Numbered from the whole stretch's first letter, positions 39,448 through 51,394 are shown. The stretch is DNA of 60,918 bases, filler included, from Globobulimina sp. (GCA_003354225.1; 19 parts of 19 records of this genome joined end to end with filler, not necessarily neighbours in it); one strand, 5' to 3'. Numbers and translations: made by a program. The notes: generated by a model not told the origin, from the letters alone.

Positions 39448-39962
39448 CTTGGCTCAAATGATTGTACATTTTCAAGTGGCTCCACCTTTGAATGGGATGG
39501 ACAAACAATTACAGACTGGATATATGGCGGAAGGAGGAGAAGCCAATGATGTTCAACAATTTTTAAAACCTGTCACTGTTTCCAATACTATTCGTAATCC
39601 AGCTCAATTAACGTATGTTTTGTACTGTGATATGATATGATATGTTTTGTATTTTGTTGTTGTTTTTTAGTGATTATTTGAAGGATTATGAAAGATTAAA
39701 GAAATATGTTTGTGATAATCAGCCATCGCATGAAGTGTGTGGTGTAAATGCAACATCGGAGCAAAGTGAGCTTTATAATGAAAATAATCCATCAAACTCA
39801 CCAACAATCGCAGCAACGCCGCCTTTGCAAATCTGGGCATGGCAAAATATTGTGATTTATGTGGCATGCATGGTCATTGTGATTGGAATTGTAAAAGCAT
39901 TGGGATGTTGGGAAAAGAGTTTAGAAACAAAAATTATTGAGGCACAAATGCGTGCCATGTGA
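39448..39962 (+). CDS. C-terminal part of a single-pass membrane protein (spliced, possibly disrupted)
   Basis: ...NTIRNPAQLT | DYLKDYERL... followed by TM helix IVIYVACMVIVIGIV; 5' structure unresolved. Confidence 0.45.
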
Positions 39963-40170
39963 TCTTTGACTGATTTACATTTATATTGTTCCACAACATA
40001 TTTAAACGCAATCTTGTTTTCTATTCGTTAGTCTACAAAAGATGAGAGAGATTAGATTTTAGGATTTTTTAAAGCAAAAATGCCTATTAGCATTAAAAAC
40101 TTTCAGTGAAAGGCGTTCATCATCGTTCTTTAATTAAAAATACTTGTAATATATAAAAAAAAAGACAAAC

Positions 40171-41458
40171 ATGGCCCAAAATCCATATGACCAATACCAT
40201 GCACACAACCAACATAGTCATCACAATCATCATAATAATCACAATAATAATAATAATAATCACAAAAAGGAGCAACAACAACAACAACCACAACCACCAC
40301 CACAACAGCAGCAACAGCAACAAAATGGTAAAAAAAAGATGCCACGATATTCAGCAGAAAGAGTGATTGGTTCAGGATCATTTGGCGTGGTTTACAAAGC
40401 AGTTCAGATTCAAACACGACAGACCGTAGCAATAAAAAAAGTTCGTGAAGATCGGCGATATAAAAATCGGGAATTACAAATTATGAAAGTGGTAAAACAT
40501 CCAAATATTGTAACATTATTAGATTGTTTTTATAGTAAGATTCAACGTGATATTTATTTAAATTTAGTGATGGAATACATTCCAGAAACATTATATGTGA
40601 CAATAAGGAACCATGCCAAGGCCGGGCAATGTATACCATTTTCATTGACCAAATTATACGCATATCAAATATGCCGTGCCTTATCATACTGTCATGCGCG
40701 CAATATCTGTCATCGAGACATCAAGCCTCAAAATCTCTTATTAGACCCAGAGAGTCATACAGTTAAATTATGTGACTTTGGCTCTGCCAAAAGGTTAAAA
40801 GACAATGAACCAAATGTGAGTTATATCTGTAGTCGCTATTATCGTGCACCAGAGTTAATATTTGAATCATCATATTATAAAACCACAATTGATTTATGGT
40901 CGTTAGGATGTGTGATTGGCGAATTATTTTTGGGTACACCGCTCTTTCAAGGCGACAAATCCGTGGACCAATTGGTGGAAATCATTAAGGTGTTGGGCAC
41001 GCCGACAAAGGAAGAGATCATGGCAATGAATCGCGAGTACACACAGACCAAATTCCCGGTGGTCAAGGCCTTGCCGTGGAAGGTCGTATTTAGCGGTGTT
41101 CAGTACGAAAACAAATCTGTCCCTATAGATGGCATTGACCTCATCTCCAAATTCTTGATATTTACTCCGCATGCGAGATCTAACGGTTTTGATGCCTTAG
41201 CACATGCTTATTTTGACGAATTACGACAACCAAATTATACGTTAAGTAAATTTATTTATTTCCATTTATTTTTACGTTTAAATTTACGCAAATTCGCACA
41301 GATTGCCATCTGGTAAAAAATTACCGCCATTGTTTAATTTTACTGATGACGAAGTTAAATATGCCAAAGCAAAAGGTTTTGCACATAAAGTTGTACCAAA
41401 ATATTTGTGGGATAAATATAATATCGATGAGAAAAAAAAAAGACACAATAAAAAATAA
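40171..41458 (+). CDS. GSK3: Glycogen synthase kinase 3 / shaggy-like kinase
   Basis: [48 protein letters not shown]. Intron 41241-41301 leads to LPPLFNFT. Poly-His/Asn/Gln N-terminus. Confidence 0.97.
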
Positions 41459-42094
41459 TAACATTCAATTAATACAAATGAGAGAGAAAGTTTTGAAAAA
41501 TTGAGGGCATCTTTCATTTATAATTTCTTTTTTTTGTTTTTCTGTTTTAAATGTAAATGTCAATAGTTTCAAATCTTTTTTCTTAACTTCCTCATTTATT
41601 ATGCAGTGAATTACAATGACACTCTTCAGATTTATTATTATTTTTATATTTATTTTTACCTTTTCATCNNNNNNNNNNNNNNNNNNNNNNNNNNNNNNNN
41701 NNNNNNNNNNNNTTAATTAATTAANNNNNNNNNNNNNNNNNNNNNNNNNNNNNNNNNNNNNNNNNNNNCAAAATTCTTTCAAACAAATATTCGATTTATT
41801 GACAAAGCAAATGGAAGAAATGTTTGAAGATCAAGATGATTCAAAAGGAAATTTCAGTTAATTAGACGCCATTTACTGGAACAACAATTAACTTTATACA
41901 CTGTAGTGACTGTACCGTTTTTGGACATATGGTTGATCAACAACTGCATTATTTGTATTGTTTTGTTTTTAATTTTATATGAGTCCAGTGCTTGCATTTA
42001 GAGTGACACTATACAATAACTGATATATTGACGATTCCACATTTATAATATATCAAAAAATAGAACAACCTGCACAGAAAAAGTATATACAATA

Positions 42095-44878
42095 TCATTG
42101 GTAATTTGCTTTTGGAGATTGAAGATATTTATTGTGAGTTTTATTTTTATTTTTCGCAAAATCAAAATTAAAATCAAACATTGATTGTGTAACCTTTGCC
42201 CGATTGTTTTGCCTATTTCTTTTCCTTCGGTGCATACTATTGGGAGATCCCGGCGGCGACTTTGCCTTTTTATGTGCGTCCATAGTGGAATATCGCATAT
42301 GTTTCCTTATAATTTTGCCATCAATAAATATCATCCCTTGCAATTCACCAACTTTTGCGCCTTGCTTTGAAATCACAATTTTAAATCCTTTATGATTCAC
42401 TATTTCCTCCCTTTTCTTATTGGATTTGCGCGACGGCTGCGGTACGATTTGCGCAGATTTCATAGTATTCATTTGGGTGTTGGTCATCATATATTCATTC
42501 CGCAATTTCTCAGTATTGATCAGTGTCTTTGGGAAGGCATTGAACAACGAAATCACCGCATATCCCAAGATCTTATTCTTTTGTATAAACGACAGCGAGA
42601 TATGCGTGGTACACAAGAATGAGGGATCCGACACAAATGGTTCAATCTTAAGATCATCCAAAGCTATCATTGGCCATCGGAAATAGCAAGATTTTGTGTC
42701 ATATTTACCATCGCATAACTTATGCTGCGTTGGTTGAGAATAAATGAAATTAAATAAAATATCAATATTTCCCTCCTTACTATGCCCAATGTTTGCGTTT
42801 TTAATTTGCGCTTTCAACTCCACAAAACTTATAGTAATGCCACCAAACCGCCTTCGACTGCGACACGAATAGCTAAAGTATGGAATGCGTGGTTTGAAGC
42901 GGAACACAGATAAAATCGGCCGATGGTCCGAGCCAAAGCAGCATGGATGTCCGGTATAGCTCTCTTGCCACAAACTCAACGAATTTGGCAACGTTCTGTA
43001 CAAGATACGATCCGTATAACTCGGCGGCTGATTCCTTTTATTCGACACAATGTTCTCTGTCTTATCCCATCGGTACGTCGGACAAAACGATATATTGCCT
43101 TCAGCAAAGCCACTGAACACTGCATCAAAGTTCATAGAGTGGTACAACTGGTCAAATTTGAGTATTTCAGTCCATTTCCTGGCATCAATTAAGTGAATAA
43201 CGTCGGCAAACTCCTTTTCAATGCGATAATTTAAGTCCCCGAACCAAAACACGTGCTGGAACTGGTGCAGAATGTCCACGTCGTGGACCAAGCCGAGGTT
43301 CAACTCCTTGACAATGCGCGTAAAGTTCTTGGCCCTTTTCTCAAACCGCTCAGCTCTCGCAGCCAAATGGCAGTTAACGAACAAAAAAGTAGTCTCCATG
43401 AACTGGAAGGAAATGGCAGTGGCACCTTTGTTGCCGATAATGTTGCCCTTCCCAGTCGCCACAGTCTGCGATTCAATGTGCGATATTTTAGCAATATGCG
43501 AATGGTGAATGATGACAAAAATGCCAATGCTCATTAAAAACTTGCTGTGCAAACATAAATATTGGTCGCTATTATCGTCGATGAATGCTAATATAGTGTG
43601 CATCCATTGCTTCTTCGATTTGGATTTGACTTCTTGCAGACCAAAGATGTATAAATCATGGTGTTGGCCGGGAACGGTGCTCGGAGATAGCCAATGTTTG
43701 ATGTTTTGCAGGTTACACTCGGACTCACTTACATTGTAACTGCCGATTATGATCGACATTAAACTTTGTTCCTTGTCTGCATATTGCGAATATTCCAAGA
43801 TTTCACCGACAAACAGTTCCCGTTTACTGGGGGTTTCGAATTCGTAGTGGTATTCTTTCTTATCTTTGAATTTTAAAGTCAATAAATATATATTTTTATA
43901 CGATTTCTCCACTTTTTCAATATCGGATAGCTCATAGCAACGAATGTTCTTCTTCAACGACAATAGTTTTACGATTTTCTTTTTTTCAGTGCTGTCTACG
44001 TAGATTACGCGATTATATTTCTTTGACTTCTTGCTTTCTTTGTTTTTTTTGCTGTTTTTGATATTGTTTGGATTGGTCACTCGTTTTACTGTATATTTAG
44101 TGATATCGTTGTTGATGTCGTTAAAGCCCGTTTTGCTGTCAATCTGTTCGATGTTAAAATCAATTTCAAATTTATAGTCATCGTCATCGTCGTCTTCAGA
44201 GCCATTGCCGTCATCTTTGGTGTCTTCATCGCGTAAATTTAAGCAACGGGACACAATGTTTGTTTTTGTGTTGCTTAGATTTACAAAGGAACGCCAATAC
44301 GAATCTATGTCATTCAATAAATTGACGTTGGAATCATATTTTAGTCGCAAGATCTCGCGGTGAAGTTTATATTTTGTGTCGTTGAATTCATTGAACATAT
44401 TCAAATCACTTAAACTTAATTGCTGTGGTTGCTGTCGGTGCTGACTTTTGAGATATTTCTTTTGAAGACGTTTATATTTCAATTGTAATGGATATATTTT
44501 ATTGAATTGAGAGTCTTTAAAATGCTTTATAGGTTTAACTAGATTCTCATTTAGTTTTTGTAAGTAATCCTTTTCAATCAATTCAAACTTAGCGAGTTCC
44601 ATTCCCATTGAATGGCAGAACGAAGCAAATGGGTCCTCCGGATTTGAAAATGGATTATCGAGCTGTGCTGAGCTTAAATGTGTGCCTTTGAGTTGCTCGA
44701 CAAATAAATTCATTATTCTATGGTGCGTTTGTTGACTATGTTGATATTTTGATAAAGTATCATTCATTTGCTTTATTGCGCTTTGTGTGTTGTTTATTGA
44801 TGCCATAAGTTCAGACATGCGATCCCCAGAACGACTTTTCGTTTTTCTATTCTGTCGTTTTTCAATGTTATTTACCAT
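42095..44878 (-). CDS. Inositol polyphosphate 5-phosphatase with BAR-like and PH-like N-terminus, 5' partial
   Basis: GSYNV, FGLQE, GNKGA, FVNCHLAA, FWFGDLNYR, PTYR, PSYTDRIL, SDHRP. Confidence 0.93.
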   Translation of the reverse strand: MVNNIEKRQNRKTKSRSGDRMSELMASINNTQSAIKQMNDTLSKYQHSQQTHHRIMNLFVEQLKGTHLSSAQLDNPFSNPEDPFASFCHSMGMELAKFELIEKDYLQKLNENLVKPIKHFKDSQFNKIYPLQLKYKRLQKKYLKSQHRQQPQQLSLSDLNMFNEFNDTKYKLHREILRLKYDSNVNLLNDIDSYWRSFVNLSNTKTNIVSRCLNLRDEDTKDDGNGSEDDDDDDYKFEIDFNIEQIDSKTGFNDINNDITKYTVKRVTNPNNIKNSKKNKESKKSKKYNRVIYVDSTEKKKIVKLLSLKKNIRCYELSDIEKVEKSYKNIYLLTLKFKDKKEYHYEFETPSKRELFVGEILEYSQYADKEQSLMSIIIGSYNVSESECNLQNIKHWLSPSTVPGQHHDLYIFGLQEVKSKSKKQWMHTILAFIDDNSDQYLCLHSKFLMSIGIFVIIHHSHIAKISHIESQTVATGKGNIIGNKGATAISFQFMETTFLFVNCHLAARAERFEKRAKNFTRIVKELNLGLVHDVDILHQFQHVFWFGDLNYRIEKEFADVIHLIDARKWTEILKFDQLYHSMNFDAVFSGFAEGNISFCPTYRWDKTENIVSNKRNQPPSYTDRILYRTLPNSLSLWQESYTGHPCCFGSDHRPILSVFRFKPRIPYFSYSCRSRRRFGGITISFVELKAQIKNANIGHSKEGNIDILFNFIYSQPTQHKLCDGKYDTKSCYFRWPMIALDDLKIEPFVSDPSFLCTTHISLSFIQKNKILGYAVISLFNAFPKTLINTEKLRNEYMMTNTQMNTMKSAQIVPQPSRKSNKKREEIVNHKGFKIVISKQGAKVGELQGMIFIDGKIIRKHMRYSTMDAHKKAKSPPGSPNSMHRRKRNRQNNRAKVTQSMFDFNFDFAKNKNKTHNKYLQSPKANYQ

Positions 44879-44978
44879 NNNNNNNNNNNNNNNNNNNNNN
44901 NNNNNNNNNNNNNNNNNNNNNNTTAATTAATTAANNNNNNNNNNNNNNNNNNNNNNNNNNNNNNNNNNNNNNNNNNNN

Positions 44979-45695
44979 AACAAACAACGAACATTCTCGA
45001 TTAAAAAACGCCAATATTTGATAGGCGGTTATGTGAGACAATATTTTAACAAAAACGGAATTAACACAGTAGTACCACCGGAAATAATGAGCATAATTGA
45101 CGAATACGAAATGGATGTTTGGGATATTACTACAAGCAATGTTTTAGTTTATTACAATGAAGCAGCACAAATCGGATTGGAAATTGATAATAAAAAAGGA
45201 TTGATAAAATTTATAGCAGATGAAAGGTTTGGATATCTCAATGCCTTCTCATCGCACATTATATCGAAAGGCATCAAGCATTGGGCGATTCGCATAATTC
45301 AGGGCGAACATTTCTGTGTCGGTGTTATTGATCATGTTTCTGTTTCTATTCATAAAAGCATGCAAGTGGAATATACAGACCCTTCGAGTCTGAAATTGAT
45401 CAAAGGATATGGATGCTTTATAAACTATGGAAACTCGTATGGTTATCTGAGTGATGGGTCGTTGATAGCACAAGGCAGTCAAAAAACAGTTGGATGTGTT
45501 GAAAAACAGTTTGGTTCTTCCGATGTTATTGGCATAATACTGGATATGAATCAGCATAAATTAACTTTCTACAAAAATGATAAGCCAACGCATGAGTGTT
45601 ACGTTGCAGAAAAGCAAAAATATAAACTAGCTGTATCTGCGATATATATACATGTGGAATTGCCGTTGCCTCCAATGTTGATGTTGTTCGAATAA
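44979..45695 (+). CDS. SPRY/B30.2-domain protein, 5' partial
   Basis: GIKHWAIRI, FCVGVI, DVIGIILDMNQHKLTFYKND, YKLAVS; N-terminal LIGGYVR...VPPEI motif. Confidence 0.75.
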   Translation, partial: NKQRTFSIKKRQYLIGGYVRQYFNKNGINTVVPPEIMSIIDEYEMDVWDITTSNVLVYYNEAAQIGLEIDNKKGLIKFIADERFGYLNAFSSHIISKGIKHWAIRIIQGEHFCVGVIDHVSVSIHKSMQVEYTDPSSLKLIKGYGCFINYGNSYGYLSDGSLIAQGSQKTVGCVEKQFGSSDVIGIILDMNQHKLTFYKNDKPTHECYVAEKQKYKLAVSAIYIHVELPLPPMLMLFE

Positions 45696-46128
45696 AATAA
45701 TATAAATCATTAAAATTAATTACAGAGTGATGATATCAAAAGTCATTGCAGCCATTTGCATGGTTTTTGTATAAACTCATTTCAGCCGTCTGTCAGTTTT
45801 TGAATAACGGAAAATCACTAAAACAGCTTAAAAGAAAATTCTGTTCGTTACTGGTAAAAAAAAATATTATCGATAATATGTGCATGAATCACAAAAAAAA
45901 CACTTAAAACGCATAAAATGACAATATAATTATATAAACTCGAAGAAATTCGCATGGGGTCATTGGCAACAAAAAACAAAAAAAAACACACAGCGAACAC
46001 TAACACGTTAAATAACAATAATATTCAACAAAAAAAAGCATACATCTGCAATTATTAAAAAATAAAACATTTCATACATAGAATATGGTATCGAATACAC
46101 ATTATATTTATATTTGTGGTTGAAATAT

Positions 46129-46918
46129 TCAATTTAATTTAATATTTAATTTGTTTTTATTATTTTTGCTATTAATATTTCTGTATAAATCATGTTCAAT
46201 AAAATATTCAATTGCTTTGTTCCATAATCTGCCAAACTTTTTCCTCCGATTATCTTGCAATGCTATCTCTGCCTCGTCGATATTCATCTGCATAAAAAAC
46301 AAAACGCATACAAATTGTGACTCTGTTTTTTTTATTTTCACTTTACGCAAATTCGAAACAACTGCATTTTCAATGATAAGTACAAACTGAAAGTGAACAG
46401 AAACAAACCCATTTGCGACGACGTTGGGATTCTGGCCATGTATCTTCGACCAATGTGACCTGCAATAAAAAGCCCCAAAGTCTGGATTTATTGCCTTTGT
46501 CCGATGTATACTGTTGATCCGATATCAATTGCTTTGTAATATTGCCTCTGATCCCGGCCTCTTCCCAGGATTCGCGAATTGCACATTGTGGGCCATTTTC
46601 ATTCCTTTCCCATCCGCCACCGGGAAATATGTAATCGTGCCGATTACGAGAGGTTATCATAAATATTTCAACTTTATTATTCTTGCTAATGCGATATGGA
46701 ATGGCTACACATTGATATCGTGTGCCATCGTCATCATATCGCGTTTGTGGATCTCGTTTACGATATTTTTGATTTGGTTTTGGTTTGGCTTTCATTGTTA
46801 GTTTGGTTTTTTGATACATTAAAACTGAGACCATTACAAAGAGACCGATAAATATTAATGGTATATACTGTTCAGGAATTTGAACCATGTCTCTGATTGT
46901 AACTATGTCCTGTTTCAT
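46129..46918 (-). CDS. Nudix hydrolase, DIPP/NUDT3-like, with N-terminal TM helix
   Basis: Nudix box GGGWERNENGPQCAIRESWEEAG, MITSR, WPESQRRRKW; intron 46288-46408. Confidence 0.88.
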
Positions 46919-47072
46919 TGACTAACACCGATATATATACGAAAACCTCACAAACAAAAAACGTTTTGTAAAAAAATCAAAGGTTTGGTGTACTACACGT
47001 AGATGTTGACACAAGATGATAAAATCAATCAAAAAAAATAATAACATATATAACATATTCAAATATTTTTAT

Positions 47073-48086
47073 TTATTTTTTCTTTAAAAATTTTGTAACC
47101 ATTTTATGATAATGTTGAGCTTGTCTTTTATCCATATTATATATCTCAATTTCACCCTTTTTAAAATATATTTTGAATCCTCTTTTTCGCTCAATATGAA
47201 TAGCAGATATTTTCTTAATTTGCTCTCTATTTACAACAAACCAGTCCTCCCATTTATGTCCATTTAATTTTGTAAAAATAATGTTTTTACCAATCTGTAT
47301 TCTTCCGACCATATCGTCCTTATCTCCTTTTAAATGCATTGTCGATGACATATTTCTATTTTTAGCAAATACTAACTTATCCATTTTAGGATCACCTTCT
47401 TTCCACGCAATTTGTTTATTGCTGCTCAATTGTTTTAAATCCTGACCAATGTTAATGGCCACATCTGTTAATGTCAACGTGTTACTTTTATTTTTATCTT
47501 TAAACTGAGCAATTAAACACCGACTAAAATATCCGCCCTTTGCAGTTTCTTCCACTTCAACACCCTGACAATTTCCATAAAGACTACAAATCAAATCCAT
47601 TTTATGTCCGATTGTTGGATCGCCTCTTATTAAATGGCCGCCATTTTTATCATCACGACAACAGTCAATAATAAATAAGCGAGGTATTTGAGCTGCGGAT
47701 TGCTTCCATGCTCTACTTACCATCGCATGCAATTCCTGAATGGCAATATTTTTTATTTTTTTATTGCCATCATAGTCGCTCGGATATATCACATTATTCC
47801 CGCCGTGGCCACAGATTATAATCATAAGAGAGTCATAAATAAGTTGCCGTTTATTGTATTTACTGACTAATAATTCCCGGCCATCTTCAATAAAATCAAT
47901 TATCTCTTTTTGGAGCCATCTTTTTTTACCAAACCACTCTTTGTCATTTGCGGTCGGATAAATATCATATCCATACTCTTCATGCCATAGTTGCCGATAA
48001 TTATTAATATCCGTTGGGACACCCATTAGGTTTTGAAGTTGGCCATTATCATATTCTGAGATACCAATCAATAAAACCAACACATT
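47073..48086 (-). CDS. Caspase-like (clan CD, C14) protease domain protein, 5' partial
   Basis: VLLIGISEY...NLMGV..D, IIICGHG, PRLFIIDCCR (His-Cys dyad), GGYF. Confidence 0.8.
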   Translation of the reverse strand, partial: NVLVLLIGISEYDNGQLQNLMGVPTDINNYRQLWHEEYGYDIYPTANDKEWFGKKRWLQKEIIDFIEDGRELLVSKYNKRQLIYDSLMIIICGHGGNNVIYPSDYDGNKKIKNIAIQELHAMVSRAWKQSAAQIPRLFIIDCCRDDKNGGHLIRGDPTIGHKMDLICSLYGNCQGVEVEETAKGGYFSRCLIAQFKDKNKSNTLTLTDVAINIGQDLKQLSSNKQIAWKEGDPKMDKLVFAKNRNMSSTMHLKGDKDDMVGRIQIGKNIIFTKLNGHKWEDWFVVNREQIKKISAIHIERKRGFKIYFKKGEIEIYNMDKRQAQHYHKMVTKFLKKK

Positions 48087-48186
48087 NNNNNNNNNNNNNN
48101 NNNNNNNNNNNNNNNNNNNNNNNNNNNNNNTTAATTAATTAANNNNNNNNNNNNNNNNNNNNNNNNNNNNNNNNNNNNNNNNNNNN

Positions 48187-48466
48187 TGTAATGTTTTGTA
48201 TTATAAATTTATTTGAAGGCATATTATTTGGTTTATTTACAATGATAATGTCCTGCGATCAAATCTCATCAATCATATCGAATGTGACATATATTGATAC
48301 ACTTACAATGAATATAAAGCAATTACAAAAAAGGAAAAAACAATCGACTTCTATGGATAATTTAACATTTATCTTTGGTGAGCCATTTGGTGTCGGATGG
48401 TTTCTGCCCAAAGTGTTGACTCCTAAAATTAAAGAGAATTTCAAAAATGTATGCATGCAGTTCTAA
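48187..48466 (+). CDS. DHHC palmitoyltransferase C-terminal fragment
   Basis: TM helix, then DQ..I.SNVTYID (TTxE-like) and NLTFIFG...WFLP. Confidence 0.7.
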
Positions 48467-49154
48467 TCAACCTAATCTAATCTCACTTTAATTTAATTTA
48501 TTTCACATTTTAATTTTGTTTGTGCAGCATTCATTCTTTGAGTGAGATTATTGTTTTTGTTGTTCATTGGTATTATGGAATTGCATGTTTGTAAATGAAT
48601 ATTTCAAAAAATTTAGATTACATACTGCCCCGTCATGCGACATGCGTCTCGGTCTCTGCGCATACAAAAAAAAGTCAATTCGCTTGCTGAGTTGAGCTAT
48701 TTTATCAGCATTTTCTGTTACATTCAAAATAGCATTCGGATTCTTTTTTTTTCGAGCAATAAGAAATGATATTAATTAAAGTTGTTAATAACTATCAATA
48801 CCCTACAACACTGTACACTATGTATGTCAGTCTGTTTATGTATTAAAGAATACAATACAAAAAACAACAAAAAATCACACAAAATAACACTGCTTAATCT
48901 AATCAACAGTGAATACAAAAGGATAAACAACAAAACAAGGGAAAAAAAATAGAGATTAGATGGGAAAATTACAAATATTATTTTTATCAAACAAAATGAA
49001 TCCAAGATCAATTTGGAATTACTTCATTCAAAATAAATAGTTTTTTAATATTTAAAAAAGAAAAAATAACAAAAATCATAATAAAAGACAGAGAACAGAG
49101 AAATTTTGTATGTAAAAAGAAAACACAGCAACGCAATAAATACCAAAAACAATT

Positions 49155-50153
49155 TTACAAATCATCATCCTCAGATATATCACATTGACCTTGAGCCCAT
49201 GGAAAGGAAATAACACTATTTTTTTTACTATTATTATTGCCAAATACATCATCACAAGATATGCTATCACTGCTATTCATGACACTGTCGCTTATTAAAT
49301 GGTTCCGCATTCCCGACACATTCAACTGATCCAATTGCAATCCAATATCATCATCCTCCTCAACATCAACACCCTCCTTATTCTCTGCTTTATTATCAAT
49401 GGATAAATCCCGCATATACTGATTGATTAATATCGCCTCACCGACGCCGCTGTAATTACTTGACAGCGGCGATAGCTGTAAACCGCGCATTTTGTCATTG
49501 AACTTATTCATATCATATCTGTATTCACCATCATCTCCAAAGATGCCATCACCAAATAATGCCATACACGATTCCTTATTTAAGGTCATAAACTTATTCA
49601 AATCGTCATAGCCTTTGGCAATAATAATAGGCAAATATTGTGCATTCCCAATTCGTTTCTTATACCATTTGATAAACAGAAACTGTTGTTTTGTGACTGC
49701 AGCACCGGAATAATACAAATAGGACATCTCCTCCATCTCACCTTGACAGTTACGACCAATTATTTGATACTTATTATTTGAATCCACTGCTCTGCTTCGC
49801 ATTAATTTTGGTACAGTTAATGCTAATACACTGCCACCACTTTGCAATGACAAAAAAGTAGATGGCGTATAATTATTATTATTGCCATCAGGGCACAGGG
49901 ATGAATGTGTACTATCAGTGTCCGTATAGGTGTTATATGACATATTTGTGTTGAAATAGGAGTTTGTGTTTAAATCAAACGGAGTTAATTGCATTGGCGG
50001 TAATGGCGGTAAGGGAGAGGGCGAAACATTCGGCCGTGACGGCGTAGTTCGCAGATAACTTCCAGAACTGTTCAATTTTCTGCGTTTTGAGGGATAATTG
50101 CTTGTCGTCGCTAGCGATGCATTATAATTTTGCTCGTCAGCATTCTCTGCCAA
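49155..50153 (-). CDS. Hypothetical protein (may be the last exon of the ankyrin gene)
   Basis: 332-aa ORF preceded by an AG acceptor; Pro/Ser-rich start and acidic end. Confidence 0.55.
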   Translation of the reverse strand: MAENADEQNYNASLATTSNYPSKRRKLNSSGSYLRTTPSRPNVSPSPLPPLPPMQLTPFDLNTNSYFNTNMSYNTYTDTDSTHSSLCPDGNNNNYTPSTFLSLQSGGSVLALTVPKLMRSRAVDSNNKYQIIGRNCQGEMEEMSYLYYSGAAVTKQQFLFIKWYKKRIGNAQYLPIIIAKGYDDLNKFMTLNKESCMALFGDGIFGDDGEYRYDMNKFNDKMRGLQLSPLSSNYSGVGEAILINQYMRDLSIDNKAENKEGVDVEEDDDIGLQLDQLNVSGMRNHLISDSVMNSSDSISCDDVFGNNNSKKNSVISFPWAQGQCDISEDDDL

Positions 50154-50324
50154 TGACTAAACGCAAACAAGTGACATGCCACATAATATTATATGGAGCG
50201 TTTCTGGCGAATCAGAAATAAGTACTTAACAGATTGGCGACATCTTTTTCGGGAACAAATTGTAATTGCTCTGCATGCTTTTTCTGTCATTTTTGATGGA
50301 GATGGAGATGCAGTCTGTGATATG

Positions 50325-51100
50325 TTACGTTATTTTTTGGGACAGAATTTTCTTTTTTTTTCGCGTGGATACATGCGATATATATATATACAGTAAATAT
50401 AAAATTATCAGAACTTGTTGCTTTGTTTCGGATTTAGTGTTAATTAATATTTTGTTATTAACCATATCCATGTCTTGACAGTAACTGTCATGATCACTGT
50501 CTTCGTTGTTATTCTTGTTGTTATTGTTGATGTTGATGTTGTCCTTATTATTAATATTGTTGTTGTTATGTCTGGCAATGTGGTGATATTCACTCCATGT
50601 GTCATGCATAATGGTTTCAAATGATTTTGTAATTCGTCTATTATGGCATTGTGTCGATATATCTTTGGGAAGATTGCCATTGATATCTCGCTTCCACACT
50701 AATTTGTTGTAACTGAACTTCTTATTTGTGATTAATTCTACCATTTGGTTAGAATCTACTTTACTTGATGCTGTATACGTAAATTGTTTAAAAAATTAAA
50801 ATTCAATTTGATGAGTTTCAAAAAAAAATATAATTATAAGAAATTTCAAAAATTATATGTACCGATATAATGCATAATATTCATATCTTTATCATCATTT
50901 TTCAACAATAATTTAGGATAATTATTAATTAAATATGTCAATACTTCAAAATGATAATTTTGGGCAGTAAACATTATTATGGTTCGTTTGTGTTGATCAA
51001 TATGATAAATGTTGACATTTTTATTAATGTATTTTCGAAAATCACTAATTTTTTCATCAGTTTGTACCCGATCAAACAAGAGACTTCTTTTCCGTTTCAT
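50325..51100 (-). CDS. Ankyrin-repeat protein exons
   Basis: DQHKRTIIMFTAQNYHFEVLTYLI, DDKDMNIMHY, RDINGNLPKDI; intron near 50771-50862; ends unresolved. Confidence 0.6.
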
Positions 51101-51394
51101 GCATTGGGCAATCGATTGAATGTTTTGGTCTCTTTAATATGAATTAGTTAATAATGTGAATATGTCCATGTTATGTACAAATTAATGAACATAGAAAACA
51201 AACCACATACCGGTTGAATGATTGGTACCGTAACATTAAGATAAAATAAATGTGGCTGTTGGCAAAAGCCGATCGATGCTTTTTGAGATTACAANNNNNN
51301 NNNNNNNNNNNNNNNNNNNNNNNNNNNNNNNNNNNNNNTTAATTAATTAANNNNNNNNNNNNNNNNNNNNNNNNNNNNNNNNNNNNNNNNNNNN

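Noticed and set aside
40190-40325. CAT/AAT/CAA trinucleotide tracts
   Set aside because: They encode the poly-His/Asn/Gln N-terminus of GSK3, common in AT-rich protists.
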